Origin: an uncultured bacterium
GTDB lineage: Bacteria; Acidobacteriota; HRBIN11; JAKEFK01
Assembly (NCBI GenBank): GCA_963777505.1
Contig: CAVZQN010000001.1
Span: 544,001-608,000, forward strand
Direction: 5' to 3'
Length of the DNA: 64,000 nt
The notes beneath the pieces are model-generated. The model was not told the DNA's origin. It searched no databases and was given only the letters and a program-made list of their open reading frames with translations. This document shows, in pieces, positions 30,336-40,538 of the stretch. The translations under genes and the position numbers were made by a program. How positions within the stretch are numbered: the first letter of the stretch is position 1; each line of letters opens with the position of its first letter.

Positions 30336-31604
30336 CTAAATCTGATCTGCGCCTAAACACCTGACGTTCCAGGCACCTTGAGGCTGAAGTGCGCCGGGAT
30401 AGTCAACATCCGTTACCCGTACGCCTTCAAAATTAATTTTGAGTCGTACATCATTTCGGGACGTCCACTTGCCGGTTCGATGAATCCCTAAAATGAAATT
30501 CAGATAGTAGCTTCCAAACTGAAACATATTAGGCAGGAAAGTTACAGTCGAAACATATTCGCCGGGACTTCTTTCGTTCAGTCCCTGGACTGTGGCGTCA
30601 TATGTTCGAAATAAATGAATACCTTCAGCAGAAAAAACATCAAAGCCCAATAGGACTCGAGGTACTGCTTTCTTAACGGTGTAATAAACGTGAACTAAGA
30701 CTTCATCGTCCACGCGAAGTGGTGCCCCAAGACTGTATCCATCTTGTTCTACAACGATCTTCTTTACTTTTATGTTTTCGTCTTCAACAGAAAGATCAAT
30801 CGATTCTTTAGTATCCACGCTTGATCCACGCAAATAACTGACAATGACTTTTGACGGAATCCCACTCTCAACCAGATTGCCTGATTTCAATAAAAATATT
30901 TTTGTACAAAGACTTTGCATTGCGCCCATGTTGTGACTTACAAACAAAACTGTCCTTCCTTGTCTGGCAACATCTCCGAGTTTTCCTAAACATTTCTTTT
31001 GAAATTCAGCATCTCCTACAGCTAATACTTCGTCCACTAACAAGATTTCAGGTTCGAGATGGGCCGCCACAGCGAATGCAAGCCGGACATACATACCGCT
31101 TGAATAGAACTTAACTGGTGTATCCAAAAATTTTTCTAGTTCAGCAAAGGCTACAATTTCATCGAGTTTTCTATCAATTTCAGCCTTCCGCATTCCGAGA
31201 ATCGCACCATTTAAATAGAGATTCTCCCTCCCACTGAGCTCCGGATGAAAGCCAGTACCAACTTCAAGCAAAGAGCCTACACGGCCTTCAATTTCAACTT
31301 TCCCTTCAGAGGGTGCTGTAATTCGAGAGAGAATCTTTAACAGTGTACTTTTTCCGGCACCGTTACTTCCGATAACACCAATGACTTCCCCTTGCCTAAT
31401 ATCAAAAGAGACATCTTTCAGGGCCCAAATAAATGGATTTCCATTGTTGCCAGAATCACGATTTGCTTTTTTCAGGAGTTGGAAAGGACTTTGAACTGCG
31501 CGTGCGAGTGTATCGCGCAAAGTATTATATTTCGCAGTCGATCCTTTTTGGGTAATACGATACTTTTTTGAGAGCCCACTTGAACGAATTGCAATGTCTG
31601 TCAT
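30336..31604 (-). CDS. wzt: Polysaccharide/O-antigen ABC exporter ATPase (Wzt) with C-terminal Wzt_C domain
   Basis: WALKDVSF, GSNGAGKSTL, LLEVGTGFHPELSGREN, YSSGMYVRLAF, DEVLAVGD. Confidence 0.92.
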   Translation of the reverse strand: MTDIAIRSSGLSKKYRITQKGSTAKYNTLRDTLARAVQSPFQLLKKANRDSGNNGNPFIWALKDVSFDIRQGEVIGVIGSNGAGKSTLLKILSRITAPSEGKVEIEGRVGSLLEVGTGFHPELSGRENLYLNGAILGMRKAEIDRKLDEIVAFAELEKFLDTPVKFYSSGMYVRLAFAVAAHLEPEILLVDEVLAVGDAEFQKKCLGKLGDVARQGRTVLFVSHNMGAMQSLCTKIFLLKSGNLVESGIPSKVIVSYLRGSSVDTKESIDLSVEDENIKVKKIVVEQDGYSLGAPLRVDDEVLVHVYYTVKKAVPRVLLGFDVFSAEGIHLFRTYDATVQGLNERSPGEYVSTVTFLPNMFQFGSYYLNFILGIHRTGKWTSRNDVRLKINFEGVRVTDVDYPGALQPQGAWNVRCLGADQI

Positions 31605-31706
31605 TTGTAAAGATGAAATCCTAAGTCAGAACGGCCTAATCGCTGATAAGCATATGCTGAAAAGTTACTTTAGCAAACTTTATTAGCGTCTGATCAAAGC
31701 CCTGTG

Positions 31707-32276
31707 TTAGTTGCGCATTTCTCTTAATAACCACGCTTTGGCCAAGCGCATTTCACGTTTTACTGTTGCTTCGGAAACTCCGAGGACTCGCGCCGTCTCA
31801 ACTACACTCATCCCTCCAAAAGAACGCATTTCGATAATACGCGCTTTACGTTCATCAAGTTTAGCAAGTTTCCGAAGAGTTTCATCAAAATCGAGCAGAT
31901 CTGAGGCCTGTTCATGAGTAAAGATCGGAGCTTCATCGAGCAGAATCTTGGATTGGGATACTCCGCCGCGTCTTTGAGCAGTCCGGGTCCGGGCATGATC
32001 TACCAGAATCTGCCTCATCAGACGAGCTGCAACTCCAAAAAAATGCGCACGGCTTTCCCACTCGGGCATGTTTTGCCCAACAAGACGTAAATACACTTCA
32101 TGAATCAGAGCAGTAGGCTGTAAAGTATGGTCGGAACGTTCCGCCCGTAAATAGCTACCTGCTAATTTTTTCAGCTCTTGATAGACGAGCGGCATTAAAT
32201 CATTGAGTGCATGCTGATCGCCTTTACTCCAATCCAGAAGTAGTTTTGTAACCTCACTAGGAGGGTGTGCCTGCAT
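31707..32276 (-). CDS. ECF sigma factor (TIGR02999 type)
   Basis: VTKLL..W..GD..A...LMPLVY.EL, HTLQPTALIHEVYLRL, HFFGVAARLMRQILVDHAR, TVKRE...AKAWL. Confidence 0.92.
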   Translation of the reverse strand: MQAHPPSEVTKLLLDWSKGDQHALNDLMPLVYQELKKLAGSYLRAERSDHTLQPTALIHEVYLRLVGQNMPEWESRAHFFGVAARLMRQILVDHARTRTAQRRGGVSQSKILLDEAPIFTHEQASDLLDFDETLRKLAKLDERKARIIEMRSFGGMSVVETARVLGVSEATVKREMRLAKAWLLREMRN

Positions 32277-32372
32277 GATTCAGCCCAACATCTCTAATTA
32301 TACAACCCAAAATGATCCTTGAACCGTCTTTTTTGCGCATTTCTAAATGAGCCAGGATCCTTGGAGGCGAAT

Positions 32373-32927
32373 ATGTGGATTGGACGGTTTACTCTCAAAT
32401 TCGCATTAATACTTTTTTGTATCCCAGTTCTTGAAGCTGATGACTATGAGTCAAAGTGCGACATGATCGCCAAGACTTACCTCTTATGGTCGGATTCAAT
32501 GTTCGGTCAAGACGCGACGCATGAAACAAGCGCATGGATCGTTCGAAATTCAGAAGGCATAATGGAATGGAAACGATGGCCAGCCTCAAGAAAATGGCGA
32601 ATGGAATCATGGAAAGGACCCGCCCCCAAAAATCTTGCGGCACAGATTCACACTCATACAGTAAAAGCAGATCCACGACCCTCCAGCAAAGATTCTCTTC
32701 TTTCTAAAAAATTGAATGTGCCTTTATACACGGTAAGCCGTAAAGGGATCTGGAAAGTCACACCAGATGGACAAATTTCAAGAATTGCCGACGAAAGCTG
32801 GTACACAAAACCGTGCAGGCAGAAACGCCATATTTACAAAGTCCAATCTTGCTGTAATCCTGAAAAGAGCGGAGAAACGTTTGCAAAAATCGAAAGCACT
32901 TCTTTTTTGGAGCAGCGGCAAAGATAG
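32373..32927 (+). CDS. Exported protein with JAB/MPN (JAMM)-like motif
   Basis: GGAGG RBS, predicted signal peptide, E in HETSAWIV, then IHTHTVKADPRPSSKD (HxH..SxxD). Confidence 0.62.
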   Translation: MWIGRFTLKFALILFCIPVLEADDYESKCDMIAKTYLLWSDSMFGQDATHETSAWIVRNSEGIMEWKRWPASRKWRMESWKGPAPKNLAAQIHTHTVKADPRPSSKDSLLSKKLNVPLYTVSRKGIWKVTPDGQISRIADESWYTKPCRQKRHIYKVQSCCNPEKSGETFAKIESTSFLEQRQR

Positions 32928-33549
32928 CGCATGGTCTCTTCAAGTTCTTCGTCAGCAAAACGAGATTGATGTTGTCGGCCTTGTAACAACTGTGAATGAA
33001 GATGACCGAGTTTCCGTGCACGCACTCAGGCAAAATTTATTGGAAGAACAGGCAGTCTCCATCGGCTTACCTCTTTGGAAGGTTCCAATTCCAAAACCGT
33101 GCAGCAATAAACAATATGAAGAAACGATGCAGACGGTTATCGAAAAAGCAAACCGTGAAGGGATCGCTATTGTCGCTTTCGGCGATCTATTTTTGGAAGA
33201 TATCAGACAATACAGGGAAAAATTTCTTGAAGCTAGCGGCCTGACCCCCTTGTTTCCAATCTGGGGACAAAACACTTCGCTTCTGGCACGCGAAATGATT
33301 CAAGCTGGGCTTCGGGCGAAAATTATTTGTGTGGATCAAAAACAATTATCGGGTTCTTTCGCTGGAAGAGAATTTGATTATTCGTTTTTGAAAGAACTTC
33401 CTGAAAGTGTTGATCCATGCGGAGAGCGCGGCGAGTTTCACACATTTGCCTATGGCGGCCCAATGTTTTCGTACGAAATTCCAATCTTAAATAATGGAAC
33501 TTATGAAGAAGAGAGCTTTTTGTTTGTTGACTTAGACTTAAAACCTTAG
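32881..33549 (+). CDS. PP-loop ATPase, Dph6/MJ0570 (diphthine-ammonia ligase-like) family
   Basis: WSSGKDS, AFGDLFLEDIRQYRE, DPCGERGEFHTF; likely TTG start at 32881 after GGAG. Confidence 0.9.
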   Translation: MQKSKALLFWSSGKDSAWSLQVLRQQNEIDVVGLVTTVNEDDRVSVHALRQNLLEEQAVSIGLPLWKVPIPKPCSNKQYEETMQTVIEKANREGIAIVAFGDLFLEDIRQYREKFLEASGLTPLFPIWGQNTSLLAREMIQAGLRAKIICVDQKQLSGSFAGREFDYSFLKELPESVDPCGERGEFHTFAYGGPMFSYEIPILNNGTYEEESFLFVDLDLKP

Positions 33550-33556
33550 AGTGAAC

Positions 33557-34330
33557 TCACTCTTTTCTAGCAGCAAACAAAATATCGACCGCGTTTCGCA
33601 CATATTGTTCATCGGTGAGCCCCTCGACTAATTCGGCAGGAAATTCTACAGCGTATTTGAAGCGATCTGCTATTTCACTAAACAATTCGAGTCTTGCTGA
33701 TGATTCCAATTCATCGCGCCGCATGAGCGCTTCCAGTGCGATGGTTGCCTCTTGAGCAGAGATCCGCTGTCTTAAACGAGCCGCAAGATGAGGATACTCG
33801 CGGAAAGAATTGAATTTGCCAGCCATCACCTGTCCAATGTCAGGCAAAACAAGTTCAGGCAATCTAACTACGATTGTGTTGGCTGCCAAATCACCCAGCC
33901 GCTGATAATGTCTTGTTAAAAGGCATGTGATTCCACCAACTACATAAAATAGTGGAAGTGAATCAACGAAACGCAGCAGGTTTCGAATCGCAATTTGGCT
34001 AAATTGCAAACGAAGCCCTTGAACGTCCATGACTCGAATACCGAACATTCTCTTCCCGATTGTTTGACCTCGCCAAAACCATTCCGTGATGATCGGATAT
34101 CCTATCGAAAGCGCGAAATAGGCAATGTATCCAAGTGCCATTGAAAAATCGAAGATTACGGTGGATAGCTGATTGATTACAGATATGACTACAAACAAAG
34201 CGACTGTCACACAAAGTTGATCGATCGCTAAAGCAAAAAATCGGACGATGGGGCCGGCCAACTGCAAAGGAAATGTGATCCCTTCAGGCGTCTGGATGTT
34301 CATCGAATTGGAACGCGCAGTCTGAATCAT
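33557..34330 (-). CDS. RDD family membrane protein
   Basis: IQTPEG...LAG...RFFALAID, GQTIGKR..GIRV, RNLLRFVD, QRLGDLAANT; ATGA overlap with the upstream gene. Confidence 0.9.
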   Translation of the reverse strand: MIQTARSNSMNIQTPEGITFPLQLAGPIVRFFALAIDQLCVTVALFVVISVINQLSTVIFDFSMALGYIAYFALSIGYPIITEWFWRGQTIGKRMFGIRVMDVQGLRLQFSQIAIRNLLRFVDSLPLFYVVGGITCLLTRHYQRLGDLAANTIVVRLPELVLPDIGQVMAGKFNSFREYPHLAARLRQRISAQEATIALEALMRRDELESSARLELFSEIADRFKYAVEFPAELVEGLTDEQYVRNAVDILFAARKE

Positions 34331-35349
34331 ACGTTTTGTTGAGTTTGTAATTTGCTTTCGGTGGGAGCGGTACCCGCGCGCGATAGGAATGCGATCAGCA
34401 ATATCAATTCCACAAATCCGAATGCTATTTTTGCCCAATATGGCAACACCGGTTCATGATATTGTGAAAGAAATGCTTCAATAATTCCTGCCCAAATCAG
34501 AAGAAAAGCGACTCCTCCAATTAAAGTAAATAGATCATTGGTAATTTCGCGAAGCCGGATTCGGAGTGGCATTCGATTTCCGCGTCCGATCAGTGCCCGG
34601 GCAAGTACCAGACCGGCCTGCCCTGCAATAAGAATGGCTGGAATTTCTATGACTCCATGAGGCATCAACCAACCCATTAGAAATTGCGCTTGACCATCCA
34701 AAACATAATCTGCACAAACAGATCCCAGAATCACACCGTTATAAAAAAGTAAGATAATTGTCCCAATCCCCCACGTCATCCCCAACGCAAGTGTGAGAAT
34801 CGATACCTTTGTATTGTGAGTCATTAACATCGCAGAAAATGCAGTTTTTTGTCCTTCCATACGATCGTTTTTCGCTTTCTCTTCCAGCGCAACACGCTCG
34901 GATGGTTTGCCCTGTAAATGCGGGAACGGCATCAAAATTTGTTTGGAATCATAATCGAACGTAATGACTGCTGCACCGAATGTTGAACCAACGATTGTAA
35001 TAAGCAATGAAAGATAAAACGCGCGAACATTTGCGCGAAATACTCTTGGAAAAAATGTGAAGAACCAATAAATCGGCCGGACTTTGTGCGGTTTACTTCG
35101 GCTTTCGTGAATTTCGCCATACGCGCGAGCCACCAACGACTCCAGGTAACTTCGAATTTCTTTTTCTGCTGCAAATGTAGAAATCCGTGCAAGATCAGCT
35201 GATGCCCGCTCATAGAGATAATGAAAACGTTTAAGATTCCGCAATTCCATTTTCCCACTGGTATCATTCTTCAAACGATTCAGTATCGCTTCGAGCTCCT
35301 CCCAATAACCTTTTTCTGAATCAACAAAACGATCTACGTCAATAATCAT
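34327..35349 (-). CDS. Stage II sporulation protein M (SpoIIM/DUF95) family membrane protein
   Basis: LYERASADLA, THNTKV, YNGVILG, PHGVIEIPAI, AGIIEAF. Confidence 0.9.
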   Translation of the reverse strand: MIIDVDRFVDSEKGYWEELEAILNRLKNDTSGKMELRNLKRFHYLYERASADLARISTFAAEKEIRSYLESLVARAYGEIHESRSKPHKVRPIYWFFTFFPRVFRANVRAFYLSLLITIVGSTFGAAVITFDYDSKQILMPFPHLQGKPSERVALEEKAKNDRMEGQKTAFSAMLMTHNTKVSILTLALGMTWGIGTIILLFYNGVILGSVCADYVLDGQAQFLMGWLMPHGVIEIPAILIAGQAGLVLARALIGRGNRMPLRIRLREITNDLFTLIGGVAFLLIWAGIIEAFLSQYHEPVLPYWAKIAFGFVELILLIAFLSRAGTAPTESKLQTQQNV

Positions 35350-36665
35350 AATTTTTGCCGTTGCTTGACCGCGAGATACTGGCTTACAAGTTCGGGAGTG
35401 AGTCTTGAATCTTCAAGAAGAGAAAGAGCAACTCCATGTCTTTGTAAAGTATTTTGGAGTTCGCGCGTATCCTGCCAGAGCAAATGGCCAGCAAGTTTTT
35501 CATACAATGAATCAACGGACACTGCATCCGGTTCGGAAAATAGCAAACGAGATTGCGGCGGCCGAACCATATCAACTAAAACAAGATGCTGACGTGCAAT
35601 CAAATTTGATCCCTGAACAAAACGTTCAGCAAGTACTGGATCGCTTAAATCGGTCAGAATGATAATCAAAGCACGGCGTCTCAAACGTAAACGTAAGAAT
35701 GTAAACAAATCATCGAAGTCGGGAGTTACAAGGCGCGGGTGAAGCGAAGTTAAAAGCTCTCTACACGCTGTGTAATGCGCTTTCCCATTTCTAGCGCGAA
35801 GAAATCCATCAACTTGATCGCTGAATGTTACAAGGCCAAAAAGATCTCCCTGCCTTTGAGTAACCATTCCAAGAACCAGTGCAGCTTTTAGATGATGCTC
35901 CAAAATCGTTTCAGAACCTGCTGGTCTTGCGGAAAGCCGCGAAAAATCAATTGCAACATAAACCTCTTGTGTTCGTTCTATTTGAAAAATCTTGGTAATA
36001 GGACGTCCCCGCTTCGCCGTGGCTCTCCAGTGAATTTGGTCATAGCTATCACCGTGTATGTACTCACGCAACTTTTCAAATTCGCGTCCCTGCCCGATCA
36101 TTCGTTGAGAATGAATTCCGATAGAGCCTCGATTTAGAAATAATGCAGCAACCTGCTTTCTTTCTTTGGTCAAATCAGGATAAACGTAAATTTCTATTTC
36201 AATTTCAGAACTCGCACGGCCATTCCAAAATCCAAGCGGTGAGGAAATTTCATAATAAATACGATTCATCAAAAATCGTCCGCGAAGAGTTCCCCGGCAC
36301 AAAAATGAAATCTGAGATGCAATCTGGCCATCTGGTAAACGAACTGTCATAACTTCTTTTTCCGGCTCAAGGTGAGATGGAAAAGGCAAGCCTACACGAA
36401 TGACTTTTTCATGCGAAGTAGAATTGTGAATGTTAACTAAAATTTCACCATCGTGATTTTTTGTAAGTCTGGAAATTGCAGACGCTTTGAATTGCAAACC
36501 TTGCAGTAAATGTGGAGCCCGCCAGCCATCAATAGCGGCAACTGCAATAAAGCCGATCAAAATCGCAATGCACGGAACCAACGCAGCAGCGTAAAAAGCG
36601 GGAAGAAGAAGAAAAGGCAAAGCAAGACCGCACCACAGAATTAAACGAAATCGCGGAGCAATCAT
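35346..36665 (-). CDS. DUF58 / vWA-like protein (MoxR partner)
   Basis: GREFEKLREYIHGD...IHWRATAKRG, IDFSRLS, RRRALIIILTD. Confidence 0.92.
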   Translation of the reverse strand: MIAPRFRLILWCGLALPFLLLPAFYAAALVPCIAILIGFIAVAAIDGWRAPHLLQGLQFKASAISRLTKNHDGEILVNIHNSTSHEKVIRVGLPFPSHLEPEKEVMTVRLPDGQIASQISFLCRGTLRGRFLMNRIYYEISSPLGFWNGRASSEIEIEIYVYPDLTKERKQVAALFLNRGSIGIHSQRMIGQGREFEKLREYIHGDSYDQIHWRATAKRGRPITKIFQIERTQEVYVAIDFSRLSARPAGSETILEHHLKAALVLGMVTQRQGDLFGLVTFSDQVDGFLRARNGKAHYTACRELLTSLHPRLVTPDFDDLFTFLRLRLRRRALIIILTDLSDPVLAERFVQGSNLIARQHLVLVDMVRPPQSRLLFSEPDAVSVDSLYEKLAGHLLWQDTRELQNTLQRHGVALSLLEDSRLTPELVSQYLAVKQRQKL

Positions 36666-36675
36666 TAAAGTAGTA

Positions 36676-37644
36676 TTATCGCGGCACTGCAACTTCCTGC
36701 AGGACTTTTTGAATGACTTCAGCTACAGTCAAACCTTCCAATTCGTATTCCGGACGCAGAATTAATCGATGTTCCAATACCGGCTGAGCCATTGTTTTTA
36801 TATCATCGGGATTCGTGAAATCGCGGCCTTCAAGAATTGCATGAGCCCGGCTGGACAACAACAAAGATTGTGTAGCTCTTGGTCCGGCACCAACAAGAAT
36901 CGAACTATTTCGCCGAGTCGCTCGAATTAACTCTACAGCGTATCGCACGAGCTCTTCACGCATCACAATACCTTGAAGCACATTCCGCATTTGAGTTAGA
37001 GATTCATCATTAATAACACTCCGGATTTGTCCGGCTGCCAGCACAGCCTCAGGCGAATTTGAACCAAGCGTTCGCTGCGCGAGTTCGTACTCTTCATCGG
37101 ATTCAGGATACGTCATCGTAATTTTGAGCATGAAGCGATCTTTTTGAGCTTCCGGCAACGGATACGTTCCTTCGTATTCAATCGGATTCTGTGTTGCAAA
37201 AACTGTAAAATTCGGCGAAAGTGCATGACTCTCGCGATCAATCGTGACCTGCCTTTCCTGCATTGCCTGAAGAAGCGCCGATTGAGTCTTTGCAGGCGCT
37301 CTGTTAATTTCATCCGCAAGAAGAAATGTTGTGAATACCGGACCTTTTACCAAAGTAAATTCATTCCGCTGCAAATTAAAAACGTTTGTTCCTGTAATAT
37401 CCGCAGGCATTAAATCAGGTGTGAATTGTATCCGCTGACTGGGACAACCAAGAACATGGCCCACTGTTCGTACCAGCAACGTTTTAGCAATCCCTGGAAC
37501 ACCTTCGATCAGTGCATGATTGTTTGTAATAATCGTTATTAGAGCCTGGTCTATAACTTCACTCTGACCGATGATGACTTTGGAAATTTCATTTCGTACA
37601 TCTGCAAGCACCTGTTTCAATTTTTCAGTGCTTATCTGCTCCAT
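36676..37644 (-). CDS. moxR: MoxR-family AAA+ ATPase
   Basis: GVPGIAKT, RIQFTPDLMPADITG, LLADEINRAPAKTQSALL, ATQNPIEYEGTYPLPEAQKDRF. Confidence 0.95.
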   Translation of the reverse strand: MEQISTEKLKQVLADVRNEISKVIIGQSEVIDQALITIITNNHALIEGVPGIAKTLLVRTVGHVLGCPSQRIQFTPDLMPADITGTNVFNLQRNEFTLVKGPVFTTFLLADEINRAPAKTQSALLQAMQERQVTIDRESHALSPNFTVFATQNPIEYEGTYPLPEAQKDRFMLKITMTYPESDEEYELAQRTLGSNSPEAVLAAGQIRSVINDESLTQMRNVLQGIVMREELVRYAVELIRATRRNSSILVGAGPRATQSLLLSSRAHAILEGRDFTNPDDIKTMAQPVLEHRLILRPEYELEGLTVAEVIQKVLQEVAVPR

Positions 37645-37675
37645 GTGATGACCCCCATTATGCAAAACACAGTCG

Positions 37676-38887
37676 TTAACGCTCCCGCAGCATTTCGCTG
37701 ATACGATTGTAAGTAGCTACAGGATCTTTCACTCGAACCAATTCTTCAGATCCCTGCGTAAGATATTCTTCTACACGCTTTACTCTTTTATCCAGATGCT
37801 TTTGTTTTCCTAACGATTTCTTCCACTCAGAAAGACAAAGCGGAAGAATATCTTTCATTGAAACGCTTCTACGAAGAAGGTTTGATAATCCTGAAGCCGT
37901 ATCTTTCCCCGCCATTGTCTTTTTCTCTAATTCCGCAGCACTGGAATAAGCGGGTACAAGACTTGTGCTATTCATCCAGACAAACAGTAACGCCATGATC
38001 AAGAGTCCAGCAGCTAAACCGTGCAAATGATATTTCTTGGCAAGCGAAACAACTCCTTGACTCGTTGCAATTCCATGATGATATTCATCAAAAATGACTT
38101 CCTTTTTGCCGCCAATCAGCCACGCAAGAAATTCAGGCTGGCGATCTCTTAACATTGCTTCATTCGAAAGAAAGAATGTATCGGACACAAGCACGAGACT
38201 CCCTTTTCCGAATTTGCGCTCTGTCACTACAGGCTGCCCTTCTCTTGTGTAAAACACATTCCAGTCTTTACCTTCCAGCTCAAAATAAACCGGCGAATGC
38301 CATGTCATTACCTTCGGCAACGTTGCTTTTGTTACAAGCCTGGCCTGACCAATTTCTTTGTTCTCAAACTCTTTGTATCGAAGCCCCCAGAGTTTAGAAA
38401 GCTTTATGGTCTTAATTAACTCTTCTTCAGGTGATTTTTCAGGCTCTTTCTCCTTTTTCTTTTTATCTTTTTTTTCTTGCTCCTTCTTTTGCTCCTGATT
38501 CATTTCCTCCATAGCTTGCGCAATAATTCCAGAACGCACATATGTAACAATCAACCGTCCGCCGTTTTTCATATAAGCTTCGAAATCATTGAAGTACGAA
38601 AGAGGAATTTCATCAGGCGGCACACCCGAACCCGCAAAAACCAGCGCACTTTCAGATCGATCTTTAACTTTGTGCAAACCTTCGAAATTTCTGGAGACTT
38701 TAATATCGCAGCAACCAGACAGACTTTCATAAAAAGCCTTTGTACCGAATGGGTCGCTACGGAGAGATGAATATTTTGGAAAGACATCTCCCGATGTGTA
38801 GCGCATCAGCAAGAGCTGTAGAAGAGCATATGCGCAGATAGCAATGATGATACCAGCCGCAATTTTAGTTCCTGTATTCTTATGCAA
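37676..38887 (-). CDS. DUF4350 domain membrane-anchored protein
   Basis: N-terminal TM, YSSLRSDPFGTKAF, GKGSLVLVSD..FLSNEAM, IFDEYHHG, C-terminal TM. Confidence 0.85.
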   Translation of the reverse strand: MHKNTGTKIAAGIIIAICAYALLQLLLMRYTSGDVFPKYSSLRSDPFGTKAFYESLSGCCDIKVSRNFEGLHKVKDRSESALVFAGSGVPPDEIPLSYFNDFEAYMKNGGRLIVTYVRSGIIAQAMEEMNQEQKKEQEKKDKKKKEKEPEKSPEEELIKTIKLSKLWGLRYKEFENKEIGQARLVTKATLPKVMTWHSPVYFELEGKDWNVFYTREGQPVVTERKFGKGSLVLVSDTFFLSNEAMLRDRQPEFLAWLIGGKKEVIFDEYHHGIATSQGVVSLAKKYHLHGLAAGLLIMALLFVWMNSTSLVPAYSSAAELEKKTMAGKDTASGLSNLLRRSVSMKDILPLCLSEWKKSLGKQKHLDKRVKRVEEYLTQGSEELVRVKDPVATYNRISEMLRER

Positions 38888-40538
38888 CAGTCCTGATCCT
38901 TTCCTGATTTTGATTAAATCTTGTTAGTGTTTCGGTATTTACTTCGTGTTCACCATACCAGGAACGTTCAAAGAGAAGTAGATTTTCCTGAAATGCATTC
39001 AGTAGTTCGGTATTCATTTGCGCTTTTCGTTGAAGTTCACGATTGTATTCCCGGTTGGATTTGTATTTTGTAATTGTGATCATCCCGCGCCGCGATAATA
39101 AGGCTAGAGTAGAGAGATACAATGCGCGCATTGCAAGGCGGAATTCTCCTCGATCCATATATTCGCGCGCAAGACTAAGCCATCCTTCTTCCGGGTACTG
39201 ATCAGCAATTGTGCTTTCATCTTCTAAATCCAGAATGGCGGAAGGAATCTCTTCAGCGACAACCAGATCTTCTTTTTTACGTTTCTTCCACATCCTGTAA
39301 ATCAAATAACCCAAAAACACGGCTGCTAATGCGATTAAAACTGAAAGAAGAATTGTCTGATCTGAAAACGGCACACTGTCTTCATTAAAATTCTGATCTT
39401 GTTGATTCAAGAGTTTTCGAAGTATCCAATTCCAGGCTTTTTTGATGTATCGCCCCACCGGTTCTAACCATTGTCCTAATGTTTTATTCACACCCAATAA
39501 GAAATCAACAAAGACATTGTTATCACTCTCCAGATCTTTTTCATCGCGTGGAATACGCCATTGATACTCTCTTTGCTGAATAACCTTTTCGATCGATTCA
39601 TTTAGTTTTTCAGGTGCAATCTTTTCCTGATCTGCACTCGCTATGCCGGAAACAAATGTTATAGCCAGCAAGACTGCAGAAAACACAAGCGATTTGCCTG
39701 ACGAAACCACCCCTTCGCGGCGTTTCAGATCCGGTAAAGACCTCAACTCTGCTTGCAGATCTGCACCACTCTGAATTGCTTCTCCATAAAATGTTCGAAG
39801 AACGTAAGCCGTTTTTATGATCGGGTTGACGCAAAGATATGTAAGGGCTGCGACGATTGCGAAAAACGTCGAATTCATCATTGGGATAAGGCCGCCCCTG
39901 GTGAAAACTGATTCAACGCCGAAGAGTGTATCGATCAAACTGGGAATAAAAATCATCAATATTCCAATTCCGGCAAAAACCGCCAAAGAAAAAACAATCA
40001 TCAAAAATACAAATCCGTTGTTTTGCCCATGCCATTGGCCTGAAAGCGACCATGCACGTTTTAGAGCTGAACGTAAATCATTGTGCACGCCATCACCTGT
40101 AATTGAGAAGGTGTGGAAAAAAGCGAGTGCCATAGGAAAAGGAAGAAACGCAAGCAAACAAAAAGGGATCAAAAACAAACTGTAAGGCTGAACTGAAAGT
40201 TGTGCCGTGATGATTCGAAAGATACGGGACGCTGAAAAACGTTCCGGAAATTCACCTCTTAAGTTTGAAAGAAGCCGGATCGAAAAAACTGAATGCCAGA
40301 GCTTCATCCATACATACAAGGCCGCCATCCCAAATGCAGCCTGGCCAACGTGTTTTGCGGCAACAGGGCTGCGACTCATATCAGTCCAAAAATAAAGAAG
40401 GCCATGTACAAACGGAATCGAACCGATGAGGTAAGAAAAGACAATAGGAGCAGGAGAATGTCTCAGCAGGTACAAAGCTTCTTCGGCTAGATCAATTCCT
40501 GATCGTTTTTGTTTTTTGTTCCGCTTCCATCTCATCAT
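38880..40538 (-). CDS. Multi-TM protein with C-terminal DUF4129
   Basis: Several TM helices; C-terminal A......G.FRLAMRALYL...KSNREY...FERSWYG. Confidence 0.82.
   Translation of the reverse strand: MMRWKRNKKQKRSGIDLAEEALYLLRHSPAPIVFSYLIGSIPFVHGLLYFWTDMSRSPVAAKHVGQAAFGMAALYVWMKLWHSVFSIRLLSNLRGEFPERFSASRIFRIITAQLSVQPYSLFLIPFCLLAFLPFPMALAFFHTFSITGDGVHNDLRSALKRAWSLSGQWHGQNNGFVFLMIVFSLAVFAGIGILMIFIPSLIDTLFGVESVFTRGGLIPMMNSTFFAIVAALTYLCVNPIIKTAYVLRTFYGEAIQSGADLQAELRSLPDLKRREGVVSSGKSLVFSAVLLAITFVSGIASADQEKIAPEKLNESIEKVIQQREYQWRIPRDEKDLESDNNVFVDFLLGVNKTLGQWLEPVGRYIKKAWNWILRKLLNQQDQNFNEDSVPFSDQTILLSVLIALAAVFLGYLIYRMWKKRKKEDLVVAEEIPSAILDLEDESTIADQYPEEGWLSLAREYMDRGEFRLAMRALYLSTLALLSRRGMITITKYKSNREYNRELQRKAQMNTELLNAFQENLLLFERSWYGEHEVNTETLTRFNQNQERIRTVA

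Noticed and set aside
32767-32880. Long N-terminal extension of the PP-loop ATPase, giving a 160-nt overlap with the JAB gene
   Set aside because: Family similarity begins near KSKALLFWSSGKDS, and TTG 32881 has a GGAG RBS
30336-33549. Possible mobile island of orphan genes (wzt, ECF, JAB, PP-loop ATPase)
   Set aside because: I found no integrase, transposase, flanking direct repeats or tRNA target
34327-35349. Sporulation inferred from the SpoIIM-family gene
   Set aside because: The family is widespread in non-sporulating bacteria within MoxR operons, and no other spo genes are present
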